Part shown: piece by piece, positions 14,048-24,463 of the stretch
Numbering within the stretch: position 1 is the first letter of the stretch
Layout: every line of letters begins with the position of its first letter
Source: Strigamia acuminata
Taxonomy: Eukaryota
Direction of reading: 5' to 3'
Assembly (NCBI GenBank): GCA_949358305.1
Contig: OX442314.1
Span: 21,328,001-21,392,000 of the forward strand
Length of the DNA: 64,000 nt
Made by a program: the position numbers and the translations under genes
Notes under the pieces: generated by a model
Database searches by the model: none
What the model saw: the letters and a program-made list of their open reading frames with translations, nothing else
What the model was told of the DNA's origin: nothing

Positions 14048-17000
14048 TTAAAATTGAAGCTTTTACATTTTGTCACACGGTGGCGCTGTTTCCTTGATCA
14101 AGTTGGAGAAGTTTTGTTGTTCAGTATATTCTGTTTTCTTTTATTGTAGTTTCGTGTTTGATGATTTTTCCATTCGATAGGTAAAAGTTTAACAAGGAAA
14201 ACATTATTTTAATGTTAACCTTAAGAATAGGCGTTGCTTTGAGACTTATCAGTTACCAGTAAAATAGCGTGTCGATAAATTGGAACCTAATACAGTATCA
14301 ATTATTGTGTTATGCTTCACTTCCCCTCGCGGTGTTCACCGCCTATAAAATTTCACATTACTTGAGTTAACTACACTAGACTATATATTCAATTTCTTAA
14401 AGCTGCAATGTTTGCTGACCTTTGGATCCTATCACTTGATTTTTGTATTCAAAAAACAATCAACCACAACCGCCAATCAACTTTTAAACACGATGTACAT
14501 TGTAATTTGGTTTTAAAATGCCAGTTTAATGAGAAATCGCAATTGTTAATTGTTATACCTTTCAATTTGCTTTGATTAGATCGCCAAACAAATTAAGCAA
14601 TCAACAGAATCTCGTGATTCGGGGTACAGGAAGTTAAATATCTCGTTTGCATAATAACCGAAACGGTTATTGATCTTTGGCTTGTGAATGGTCTTGAGGG
14701 AATTGAGAAGACCAAATTAAAGTAATGACTTAGTTTAATGCGACTGCACACAGATAAAACTTGCTTGATGCAAGTTCACGAACAGTTGAGCTGTTTGAGA
14801 AACAAACAAAAACAAACAAACAAATCTAAATGTTTTATTTATGCTTGATTTGATTGGAAGAAAAAAAGAGGAAAATGGTTGAATAATGCATCAGAAACAG
14901 AACAAAAACGGCAGAGAAACTGGGAAATATTGATGTTGCGGCAATTAAAAAAAAAATTAAAAGAAAAAAGAGAAATTCTATTATGCAAACGATTTATTTC
15001 CGAGAGAAATGATGCAATTTTTTTTCACAGCATGAGTTGTTACTTTTGATAATGTGTGGATGACATTTGGCATATTGTTTTTTTTTTTTTTCTTAGTTTT
15101 TTTTTTAATTTTTTTTTTTATTTGGTATTTAAAATTTTAAACTGTAAAATTTCTATTTTGGAACGAAAATTCCACAGAGACAATCAAATTGGTGTCGAAA
15201 ATGAAAATTAGATCGAATAACAATAGAATTTGTTCGATTTCACTTATTTAAATGCAAGTAGATTTATGTTATGGTGTTAGCTAATTTAATCGTGTGCTTT
15301 TGGAGGTTAATAACTGTCACAATTTTAAATTGGAGGTGGAAAACAGTTTGCGACAACGAGCGCTGAATCGCACTTATGTTGTGCAGAAAAGCCGATACTT
15401 TCACGAATATACACCACTTCAAATGAGAGAAATTGAAGGGATTTAGTGTTGACGTGACTGGGACATTTTAAGCTATTCAACGCATTGAACTCGGTTTTAA
15501 AAATTGATTTGCAAGCTTTGTGAAACACACGTGCTTTATTTTGGAAAAATACGACGTGAATACCAAGTCAGTTTAATATTTTAGAATTTTTTGTGTGTGT
15601 TCTATTTTACTTGAGATGGATTTATCCATTTTATGCCAATTCTAGTGGTTGGTAAAAGCAATTCCTTGTCCAATGTCTAATGCAATTATGTCGCTACTAC
15701 TTATTACTAATCTATACACAAAACATTTCGAGAAGGACAAACATAAAGAAGGGATACAGAACGTGCACAACTTTAATTGGAAATTTAATGAACTATCAAC
15801 CACTCGTTGCTGTTCATCAGTAAAACTTCTTCAACTTAATTGCAATGCTAAAAAACAAAGGTCTCGGTTTTCATTAGGTTTAAATGAAATGTTGTTAAAG
15901 TCTCAATGCAGACTTGAAAAAGGAAAATAGGATTTAACAAAAAAATCAATTAATTTTAAACCCCAACTAACCAAATGTCTAATTTCATAGGCAACGGTGA
16001 AAAAAAAAAAAAAAAAAAAAATTGGTGTTACAAGTTGACATTTCAATTGCATTTTAGAATTAAATACAGAAATAAAATATAAAAATAAAAAGTTGGTTTA
16101 TAGTTCACCGAAAGTGTATTATTGGAGTGCCCTGCATGCCTCTGATAACGTTGTGAAGAAAATTGCAAGTTGCATTATAGTGTGGAACTGGGTAGTCTTT
16201 AGTTGTGTTTCTTTTTTCCACTCGTGAAATATTAGAGAAAAATTTGAACACAAAATATTTATGAAAAAATATGCAAAATTTATAATGATACCAAATGACG
16301 GAATAGTTTGGAACGTTTTTCAAATTTAAATCCAGCTGCTAATCGCGATAAATGACACAGAAACCACACGCATCTTATCATTATTCAGGATTAACTTTAA
16401 CTTAAATAGATTAACAGCAGTTGCTGGCTTTGCTGCGCGCATGCCAATTATTTCCATCCTTGTAAAGCAATTACAAATCGAAGGCACAATCAGAATTACA
16501 TCTATTATTTTCAGCTTGACTACACACTGCAGGTGCAGACGGTCGAGTAAAATTCGGTGAGCATTGTGCGTTCATTTCCTAGTGGCATTTCGTTTGTTGT
16601 GCTCCTAGGGAGAGGAGACGTTAGCTGAATGCCAAGCGTATGTTAAAAAGCATATCGCATGACGTACTCGCTAACAGGCAAGAAAAAGGGAAGGAAAATT
16701 AAATTAAATCTGGACATTCTCGTAAGGGTATATATTTTTTTAGGGTTACGGTAAGAAGAAAATTGATGGAATTAAAGATAAAGTGCACTAGTATACCCTG
16801 ATTTTGTGATTTTTGTGTTAATAATTGAAAATGTCAAATGTCGACATCAATTTTTAGTGTGCTTCCAGCAAACAAGAAATAAAACTTGACATCCGAAGAC
16901 AAATTTTTGAAAAAAGTCATATTTCGTTGCGGGATAAATTTTGAATTGATCTACCGTAATCGTCAATTAATCAAATTGAATATTGGGTAGATTATAAACA

Positions 17001-18542
17001 AGCGTGAATAAGGTTTTGTATGTGTTGCAGGTACAGTTTTACTGTAACAGGTCGTTAAATTAGTAATAAATGTCTAAAATTTGATTTCTAAGTAAATGTT
17101 TTATTAGGTGGTTTGTGGTTTAGTGGTGGTTGGTATCACGGTAATTTATCGCTCTTACTACTTCAGAAGATTTATTACAGTTGTTAAATGACTTTTCTGT
17201 TCAAGGTAAATTATCTAGAATACTAAAATTTTGTTAATTTCTTAAGGATGTCTTCCAACCAAAATTTGAGCTATAAATTCGATTTTTAACTTGAAGAAAA
17301 GACAAGTTAAATAGATGTATGTAGGGTAACATATGGGAAGAATTCCTGAGTAATCGCTGCGGTAACGAGAACAAATGTTGGGCACAAAAGAAAGATGGAT
17401 AGGCAGGAAATTTACACATTTTTAAGTTGGATTTAAAGTGATTAGAAAATGGTTTTTTCATCAAAACTGTTTTTCTTGCTGGAGGCTTAGCTACACTTAA
17501 TGAAGCTCAGTGAAGCCGACTTTTCGAGGAAAGCACACAACTGAAGCTTTAGGCGCCGTATGTAATTTTTTTTTATTTGATAATACAATGGGTTTGAAGT
17601 TTGAACTGAAAATTAAAATTTAAAAATATCAATTTAAATTTTGCGGTGTCCGCATTCTTTTCTTTTTGACACATTATAATTGTGTCTGCAGCGCCACCTA
17701 CACAACATGAATAATAACTGGTATCTCAACTTTACAAATTAATACAAAAACACTAAATTAAAAAAATAATTGAAGATGAATTATTAGACTGCTCAATGGT
17801 TTGTTGCATACAAATGTAGAACGACTTTACCTAAAGCATGTTTTTGAAGCCAAATTCAATGATGGAAATTTTATTCAATTCCTCACAAGACTCTTACATT
17901 CACTTTTGTTTTCTGTAAAGATTGAAATGTAATTTTTTTTTTGTCTGCGCTTCTGGAAACAGAATGCAAACAAACGTATGTTGTCTGTCACCTTCGCGAG
18001 AACCGTTTCTAAGCAACAATAAATCAGTTAGGCTTAATTTCTGCAGCCGTCACCGAGCATTAAAGCAAAAAACTGTTTACTTTGCTTTAAACGTGTGGTT
18101 AGACTTCAATGACCACATTTTTAAAGTGACAAACCATGAAAATAAATTATTTATAAGCAATTTTATATGCAACAATAGGTGCAGTCGAAGCTGAAAGGGA
18201 AACGAGTTTTGCCAATTGCCACGCATCTATTGTTATAAAAATAACCGTTCACGTATATATAGTGATGATTATAAATTGCAGAATGTTTTTAATTAATATC
18301 AAACAAAGCATGTTTGATGATAACGGTTGAAATTTTCACAGCAGTTGAATAGAAATAGGAAACACAATTTCCTACTGTCTTTTAAAATTATCTTCTTCAA
18401 TTAAAACATTACATTCGCAATGCAAGCATTAAATAAAGGCTGATAGCTCCACATGGTGATTTTTTTTCTTCTCGTAGACGCTTGGAATGTAATAAAAATG
18501 TAAATTAAAATGGAAAATTCTGAAATAACTCGCGGCAGTTCT

Positions 18543-18860
18543 TGTGAAAACTGACGAGTTTTAGATGTTTGGGGTCGCGCGTTCATGTTCGGTGTCGTGC
18601 AGTGAAGCCATCATCCAGGCGGTGCTTTCTTGTGCGAGATTGTATGACGCGCGTACGGAAGTCCAGTTATTCGTCATAAATTATCATGTTTGACCTTTGT
18701 TCCTGTTTTTCCAAATGTAAACCCCAAATATTGTTACAATAAATCTTGTCTTTATGTTTAAAGCATGGTTTTATTTCGTCTTCAGAAAATTTCCAGATAA
18801 ATTAGAATTTCAATCAGTTTTTTAGCAAAAATAGTTTCTTTCAAATTGCGAGATTTCACA
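18543..18860 (+). repeat. 5' LTR (318 bp)
   Basis: TGTGAAA...TTTCACA 7-bp inverted termini; AATAAA at 18738; reads identical to 24146-24463. Confidence 0.97.
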
Positions 18861-18878
18861 TGGTGCCGAAACCCGGGA
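18861..18878 (+). promoter_or_regulatory. Primer-binding site complementary to tRNA-Phe
   Basis: TGGTGCCGAAACCCGGGA is the reverse complement of the 3' 18 nt of metazoan tRNA-Phe(GAA) (...TCCCGGGTTTCGGCACCA) and directly abuts the 5' LTR. Confidence 0.9.
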
Positions 18879-18957
18879 AGTAACAGTGAATCCGGACAGA
18901 ACAGCTCGAAAGAACTCGTAATTTCGAAGAAAAGAACCAAGACCAGACAAGGACAAG

Positions 18958-21900
18958 ATGGACGCCCTTGATCGTTTGCGCGCACAGCAAGAAACAGCCA
19001 GATTGGGAGCGGATCGATTGGTAAATACAGTTATCGTCGAATTAGCATTAGCGCAATCAGATGCGATAGTTTTAAGAAAGCTAAAAAACCAATTAAACGC
19101 TAAATCTGAACAATTAAATGATCTCGATGAGAAAGTGTCACCATTCATTGTAACGCGAGCAGACTTACAAAAGGAAGAGGAGGACAATGAAGAGTATCGA
19201 GAGAAAATTATTGATGCGCTTACAGATATCGACATCAAATTAGACGTATTAGCTCCACCAGCGGTAGTTATTAATCCAGGTGCTCCAAACAACGGATCGG
19301 TCAGCAGTACGAACGATTGGACAGTGAGACTCCCGAAACTCGTAATGAAGAAATTTTCGGGAAACCCAATCGAATGGAGCGATTTTTGGTCGAATTTCGA
19401 GTTGAGTGTAAATGGGAACACTTCCATCACTACCAAAGCTAAGTTTGTGTACTTAAATTCGGTTCTCGAAGGCACAGCAGCGGCTGTGGTGCGAGGACTA
19501 AAGATAAGTGATGAGAATTATGCAGCGGCAGTCACGCTTCTTCAAAATCGTTTTGGAAGAAAGGAGGTGATTGTGAATGCCCATTTGCAGATGTTGATGA
19601 AGCTTGAGCCAGTCAAGCGACTCAACGACCTCGACAAGCTTAGAAAATTGTACGACACGTGCGAGATGCATGTCCGTAACCTCGAAAATGAAGGAATAGA
19701 AACCACGACGTTTGGCGTTATGTTGTGTCCCTTGTTGCGTGCAGCGATTCCAGACGTGATCGCTTTAGACTTTTCGCGGAAAAACAGTAATAATACCCAT
19801 GACCTTAAGCTATTTTTAGAATTTTGGCGAGAAGAATTAGAAATTCGAGAACAGAACGCAGCCGACAATGCACGATTCGCAACCAAAGAGGTCGAGAAAA
19901 ACGTCGCGAAGACGTACGGAGACACCAAGAAGACAACACGTTTCGAGAAACCAGCTTCTTCGAGCGCGTTGATGACCAACACGTCCGATTCGACTTGTGT
20001 TTTCTGCAGCGAAACCAGCCACAAGAAGGAAGACTGTCCCTTATCAATTGCAGATCGATTGAAGCGTTGCCAGCAAGCTCGACGTTGCTTCAAGTGTTTG
20101 GCGAACAAACACATGGCCCGAAACTGCCCACAGAAGGAAAAATGCGTACAGTGCGAACGATTTCACCACATATTGTTGTGCGAAGGGCCGACAGAAAAAG
20201 CAGAGAACGTTTTGGCGTCAACAGTAACTACAGCTAACACTGACATTTTCTTGCAAGTCCTAATGGCCAACGTGGAGTCCAACCACAAGACGAAAACGGT
20301 GCACTGTTTCTTCGACGGAGGCAGTCACCGGTCGTTCATCAGTTCGAAGTTGGTTAAAGAAATTGGAGCTCAAGTTGTGGGAGAACAACTTATCAGCATT
20401 ACTGGTTTTGGTGAAACAGTAGCTAAGCCAGAGAGTCGTCGAAGAGTTAAAATTACATTACGAAACACCCAAATTAATGACAATTCTTTCGATTTAGAAC
20501 TCATAGAAGTGCCGTGGATCAGCAATTCCTTAGCAAAACAGTCGGGAGTTCACGTGCGTGAGAAGTTGAAGCAAAATAACATTGTTTTGAATATTGATCA
20601 GCTTTCAATTCAACCGAACGAAGTGTCAATTTTGATCGGTGCTGACAACTTTTGGCGCATTGTTACCGGCGAGACAAGACGATTAGACGAAAATCTGATG
20701 TGTTTGCATACAGGACTTGGGTGGACGATGCACGGAGCGATTCGAAGTGAGGAAACGATAACCAAACAGCCGACCATTCAGGTGCATCTTGCGCGTTACG
20801 AGGATCGACTGGACAACATGCTGAAACGTTTTTGGGAGTTGGAAGACTTGGGTATTCCACACGAGACTCTTACTGACCATCAAGACGAGGACGATCAAGC
20901 AGTGACAGCGTTCAAGAAGTCGATTAAATGGACTGGTGACAGATATGAAGTGCGGTTGCCGTGGCTAATGCCGAAAAGTGAACTAGACAGTAACTATCAA
21001 ATCGCTTTAAAAAGATTGTGGAATTTAGTCCGAAAATTTAGAAAAGATCCCGAACTTTATTATCGCTATAAGAAAGTTTTGGATGACCAGATGGCGGAAG
21101 GAATCATTGAGACGGCCCCAGAAGTGTCAGATCAGAGCGGTTGTTACTATTTGCCGCACAGTCCCGTCATACGAGAGCGTCGTAGTACAACTAAATTGCG
21201 TATCGTGTACGATGCCTCGTCGCACGCGCAAAAAAGCCGCTCGTTGAATGATTGCCTCTTTACTGGGCCAAACTTGTTACCAGAACTAATCAATGCATTG
21301 TTATTTTTTAGACAGTTAATAGTGGCGTTGATAAGCGACATCAAACAAGCGTTCCACCAGATTTTGCTCCATCTGGACGACAGAGATGCAGTGCGATTCT
21401 TGTGGATTGCCGCTGACTGGGATTTAGTGAGCCCGATTAAGGTGGAGATTCTCCGACAGACTCGAGTTCTGTTTGGGGCGTCTCCAAGCCCATATTTGCT
21501 GAACGGGACCATCCAACATCACTTGGAGAAGTACGCAACAAAGTATGCAGAATTGATCGCGCGACTGTTGAAACGATTCTACGTGGACGACTATTTAGAC
21601 AGTGTCAGCACCGACCAAGAGGCGATCGAAACGTACAAGAAAGTGTCCGAAATAATGTGTGAAGCAAGTATGGATTTGGTTAAATGGAACAGTAATTCGA
21701 AACTTTTACGTGAACAGTTTAAAATCGATCACCCGGAGACAGAGCTCGAGACTGAAGTTAAAGTGTTAGGGCTGAAATGGAACTGTGAATTGGATGAATT
21801 GGCACTCGATCTCGAGGAAGTGAAAACGACTCTCGAACGTGAATTAATCACCAAACGACGAGTGATCCAATTAGTGGCCCAAGTTTTTGATCCGTTGGGT

Positions 21901-24150
21901 TTTGCATCGCCATTTACGGTGACAGGAAAGATGTTTTTCCAACAATTGTGGAAACATAAAATGGAATGGGATGATCGACTTCCGAAAGAACTGATACCAC
22001 AGTGGGAAAACTGGAAGAGTCAATTGCCAGAGTTAGAGCGAGTTCGAGTGCCCAGACATTATGGAATCGATCCAAATGCATCAGAAATTGAACTTCATTT
22101 GTTTTGCGACGCCAGTCCGTTAGCATATGGCGTCGTGGCGTACACAAGAGTGCGTCAATGTAATTCACTAATCAATACTTTTTTCGTTCTCTCTAAATGC
22201 AGAATAGCTCCGATAAAAACGTTGACGCTGCCACGACTCGAGTTGATGGGCGCGTTACTTTTGGCACGAGTCGCAGGTCGAATGAAGCAGTTCACGACTG
22301 CGAAGGTCACAGCCTGGACCGACTCCACTATCGTTTTGTGTTGGCTAGGAGAGCGAAAAAAGGCGATTCCGTTCGTCGCACGCCGAGTCGAGGAGATAAA
22401 ACAGCATGTGCCGTTTGCAAATTGGCGTCATTGCCCTGGCGTCCAGAATCCTGCCGACCTACTCACACGTGGGATAGATGCAAAATCGTTATTGGAGTCC
22501 AAGACATGGTGGAACGGCCCCGAGTGGCTCACGATGGATGAACACGAATGGCCAAGTGTTCCGACGACTCAGGCGGACGATTTTGAGATGGAGTTGGAAG
22601 AAACTCTAGCAGCAACAGTCATCGTTCCCCAAACTTGGTTGATAGATGTGCCCACTCGATACGGCAGTTGGAGAAGATTGTTGCGTGTAACCAGCTGGGT
22701 GAATCGTTTTCTTAACAATTGTAAAAGTGCAGTGCGAGACGGTTCACCATTGACGACAGACGAAATTAACAATTCCGAAAGATACTGGTTGCAAACAATG
22801 CAACAACAGAGTTATTCAAAGGAACTTTTAGCAATTAAAAATCAACAGAGTTTCGAACGAGATTCGATATTACGAAATGTGACGTGTTTCATGGACAGCG
22901 AACAAACCATGCGATTAAACACGCGAATCCAGTGGGCGGGGACAAAAAAGAACTTGAAAAACCCAATCGTTTTACATCCAAATCACCCACTAACAAAACT
23001 TATTATTCTGGCAGCTCACCAGCGAGTATTTCACGGCGGACTTGGCGAGACGTTAGCAGAGTTGAGACAATGTTTTTGGACACCAAAACTCCGAAAAACA
23101 GTCAAAAGCGAGTTGAATAGATGTTTCGTCTGCAAGCGAGTGCAAGGGCGGTTAGTACAACAAGTGGAAGCTGCGTTGCCACCAGATCGAATTACGCAGG
23201 CTGCACCGTTCCAAGTCGTCGGTATTGATTTTGCCGGACCTCTGTACCAGCAAAGCGGTGAAAAGTGTTACATTGTAGTGATAACATGCGCAGTAATTAG
23301 GGCCGTACATCTCGAACTAGTCACCAGCATGAATACTGAACGTTTTATTCTGGCCCTAAAGCGATTTTTTGCACGAAGGGGCATACCAACGAAAATTTAT
23401 TCGGATAATGCGCTAACGTTCAAGAGAACCGAAAAGGAACTTTGCGCCTTGTTAAGTTCCATTAGAAAAGAGCAGTTTCAGGGCTTCTTAACAGATAGAA
23501 AAATCGAGTGGAGTTTCATCGTGGAACGAGCTCCGTGGTGGGGTGGGTTCTGGGAGCGTATGGTGAAGTCGACGAAGATGAGTTTAAAGAAAGTTCTCGG
23601 TCAAACTACATTGGACTTCGAAGAGCTAACCACCATCCTCTCAGAAGTTGAATCCTGTATTAATTCCCGTCCTATTACATATGTCTACACAGAAAACGAA
23701 GATGAACAACCGCTGAGTCCATCTCACTTCTTAACCGGAGGAAGAAGCTGCAATTTACCGGATCCTAACCAGAAGTTGGACGAGAAACTTTCATCAAGCA
23801 CAGTGACATTGTTGAAACGATGGAAACAGCGACAGCAAAAAATAAGTCATTTGTGGTCACGGTGGAATCATGAATATCTCACCGAGTTGAGAGAATACAA
23901 CAAAACGAAGGCGTCTCGTGAAGTTCAGAAAGGGGACATTGTTGTGATCGAAGAGTTAAATCAGCCGCGCATGACGTGGAAAATTGGTAGGATTAGAGAA
24001 GTTTTCATAGGAAGAGATGGGCGAGTACGAGCGTGTGAGATACAGCTTCCCTTTAATAAAGTCCTGAGAAGACCGGTACAACGATTGTGCATCTTGGAGG
24101 CTCAGGACGGAATTGAAGCGAGTGAAGAACTCACTCCGGCCCCAGTGTGA
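18958..24150 (+). CDS. BEL/Pao gag-pol polyprotein (1730 aa)
   Basis: Gag motif LPKLVMKKFSGNPIEWSDFW; three Cys/His knuckles (CVFCSETSHKKEDC, CFKCLANKHMARNC, CVQCERFHHILLC); protease FFDGGSHRSFI; RT YYLPHSPV...KLRIVYDAS...FYVDD; RNase H HLFCDAS...WTDS...NPADLLTRG; integrase HHCC, GIDFAGP, SDNA, WWGGFWE; C-terminal RRPVQRL. Confidence 0.97.
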   Translation: MDALDRLRAQQETARLGADRLVNTVIVELALAQSDAIVLRKLKNQLNAKSEQLNDLDEKVSPFIVTRADLQKEEEDNEEYREKIIDALTDIDIKLDVLAPPAVVINPGAPNNGSVSSTNDWTVRLPKLVMKKFSGNPIEWSDFWSNFELSVNGNTSITTKAKFVYLNSVLEGTAAAVVRGLKISDENYAAAVTLLQNRFGRKEVIVNAHLQMLMKLEPVKRLNDLDKLRKLYDTCEMHVRNLENEGIETTTFGVMLCPLLRAAIPDVIALDFSRKNSNNTHDLKLFLEFWREELEIREQNAADNARFATKEVEKNVAKTYGDTKKTTRFEKPASSSALMTNTSDSTCVFCSETSHKKEDCPLSIADRLKRCQQARRCFKCLANKHMARNCPQKEKCVQCERFHHILLCEGPTEKAENVLASTVTTANTDIFLQVLMANVESNHKTKTVHCFFDGGSHRSFISSKLVKEIGAQVVGEQLISITGFGETVAKPESRRRVKITLRNTQINDNSFDLELIEVPWISNSLAKQSGVHVREKLKQNNIVLNIDQLSIQPNEVSILIGADNFWRIVTGETRRLDENLMCLHTGLGWTMHGAIRSEETITKQPTIQVHLARYEDRLDNMLKRFWELEDLGIPHETLTDHQDEDDQAVTAFKKSIKWTGDRYEVRLPWLMPKSELDSNYQIALKRLWNLVRKFRKDPELYYRYKKVLDDQMAEGIIETAPEVSDQSGCYYLPHSPVIRERRSTTKLRIVYDASSHAQKSRSLNDCLFTGPNLLPELINALLFFRQLIVALISDIKQAFHQILLHLDDRDAVRFLWIAADWDLVSPIKVEILRQTRVLFGASPSPYLLNGTIQHHLEKYATKYAELIARLLKRFYVDDYLDSVSTDQEAIETYKKVSEIMCEASMDLVKWNSNSKLLREQFKIDHPETELETEVKVLGLKWNCELDELALDLEEVKTTLERELITKRRVIQLVAQVFDPLGFASPFTVTGKMFFQQLWKHKMEWDDRLPKELIPQWENWKSQLPELERVRVPRHYGIDPNASEIELHLFCDASPLAYGVVAYTRVRQCNSLINTFFVLSKCRIAPIKTLTLPRLELMGALLLARVAGRMKQFTTAKVTAWTDSTIVLCWLGERKKAIPFVARRVEEIKQHVPFANWRHCPGVQNPADLLTRGIDAKSLLESKTWWNGPEWLTMDEHEWPSVPTTQADDFEMELEETLAATVIVPQTWLIDVPTRYGSWRRLLRVTSWVNRFLNNCKSAVRDGSPLTTDEINNSERYWLQTMQQQSYSKELLAIKNQQSFERDSILRNVTCFMDSEQTMRLNTRIQWAGTKKNLKNPIVLHPNHPLTKLIILAAHQRVFHGGLGETLAELRQCFWTPKLRKTVKSELNRCFVCKRVQGRLVQQVEAALPPDRITQAAPFQVVGIDFAGPLYQQSGEKCYIVVITCAVIRAVHLELVTSMNTERFILALKRFFARRGIPTKIYSDNALTFKRTEKELCALLSSIRKEQFQGFLTDRKIEWSFIVERAPWWGGFWERMVKSTKMSLKKVLGQTTLDFEELTTILSEVESCINSRPITYVYTENEDEQPLSPSHFLTGGRSCNLPDPNQKLDEKLSSSTVTLLKRWKQRQQKISHLWSRWNHEYLTELREYNKTKASREVQKGDIVVIEELNQPRMTWKIGRIREVFIGRDGRVRACEIQLPFNKVLRRPVQRLCILEAQDGIEASEELTPAPV

Positions 24151-24463
24151 AAACTGACGAGTTTTAGATGTTTGGGGTCGCGCGTTCATGTTCGGTGTCG
24201 TGCAGTGAAGCCATCATCCAGGCGGTGCTTTCTTGTGCGAGATTGTATGACGCGCGTACGGAAGTCCAGTTATTCGTCATAAATTATCATGTTTGACCTT
24301 TGTTCCTGTTTTTCCAAATGTAAACCCCAAATATTGTTACAATAAATCTTGTCTTTATGTTTAAAGCATGGTTTTATTTCGTCTTCAGAAAATTTCCAGA
24401 TAAATTAGAATTTCAATCAGTTTTTTAGCAAAAATAGTTTCTTTCAAATTGCGAGATTTCACA
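24146..24463 (+). repeat. 3' LTR (318 bp)
   Basis: Direct repeat of 18543-18860 followed by the TSD GTTCT. Confidence 0.97.

Larger units (their letters stand above)
18543..24463 (+). mobile_element. Full-length BEL/Pao LTR retrotransposon
   Basis: Two 318-bp LTRs, 5-bp TSD GTTCT (18538-18542 and 24464-24468), PBS, and a single gag-pol ORF in the order gag-PR-RT-RH-IN with BEL/Pao motifs. Confidence 0.98.

Noticed and set aside
18782..24189. Many 60-217 aa ORFs overlapping the retrotransposon on other frames and the minus strand
   Set aside because: Shadow ORFs of the long gag-pol frame; no recognisable domains.
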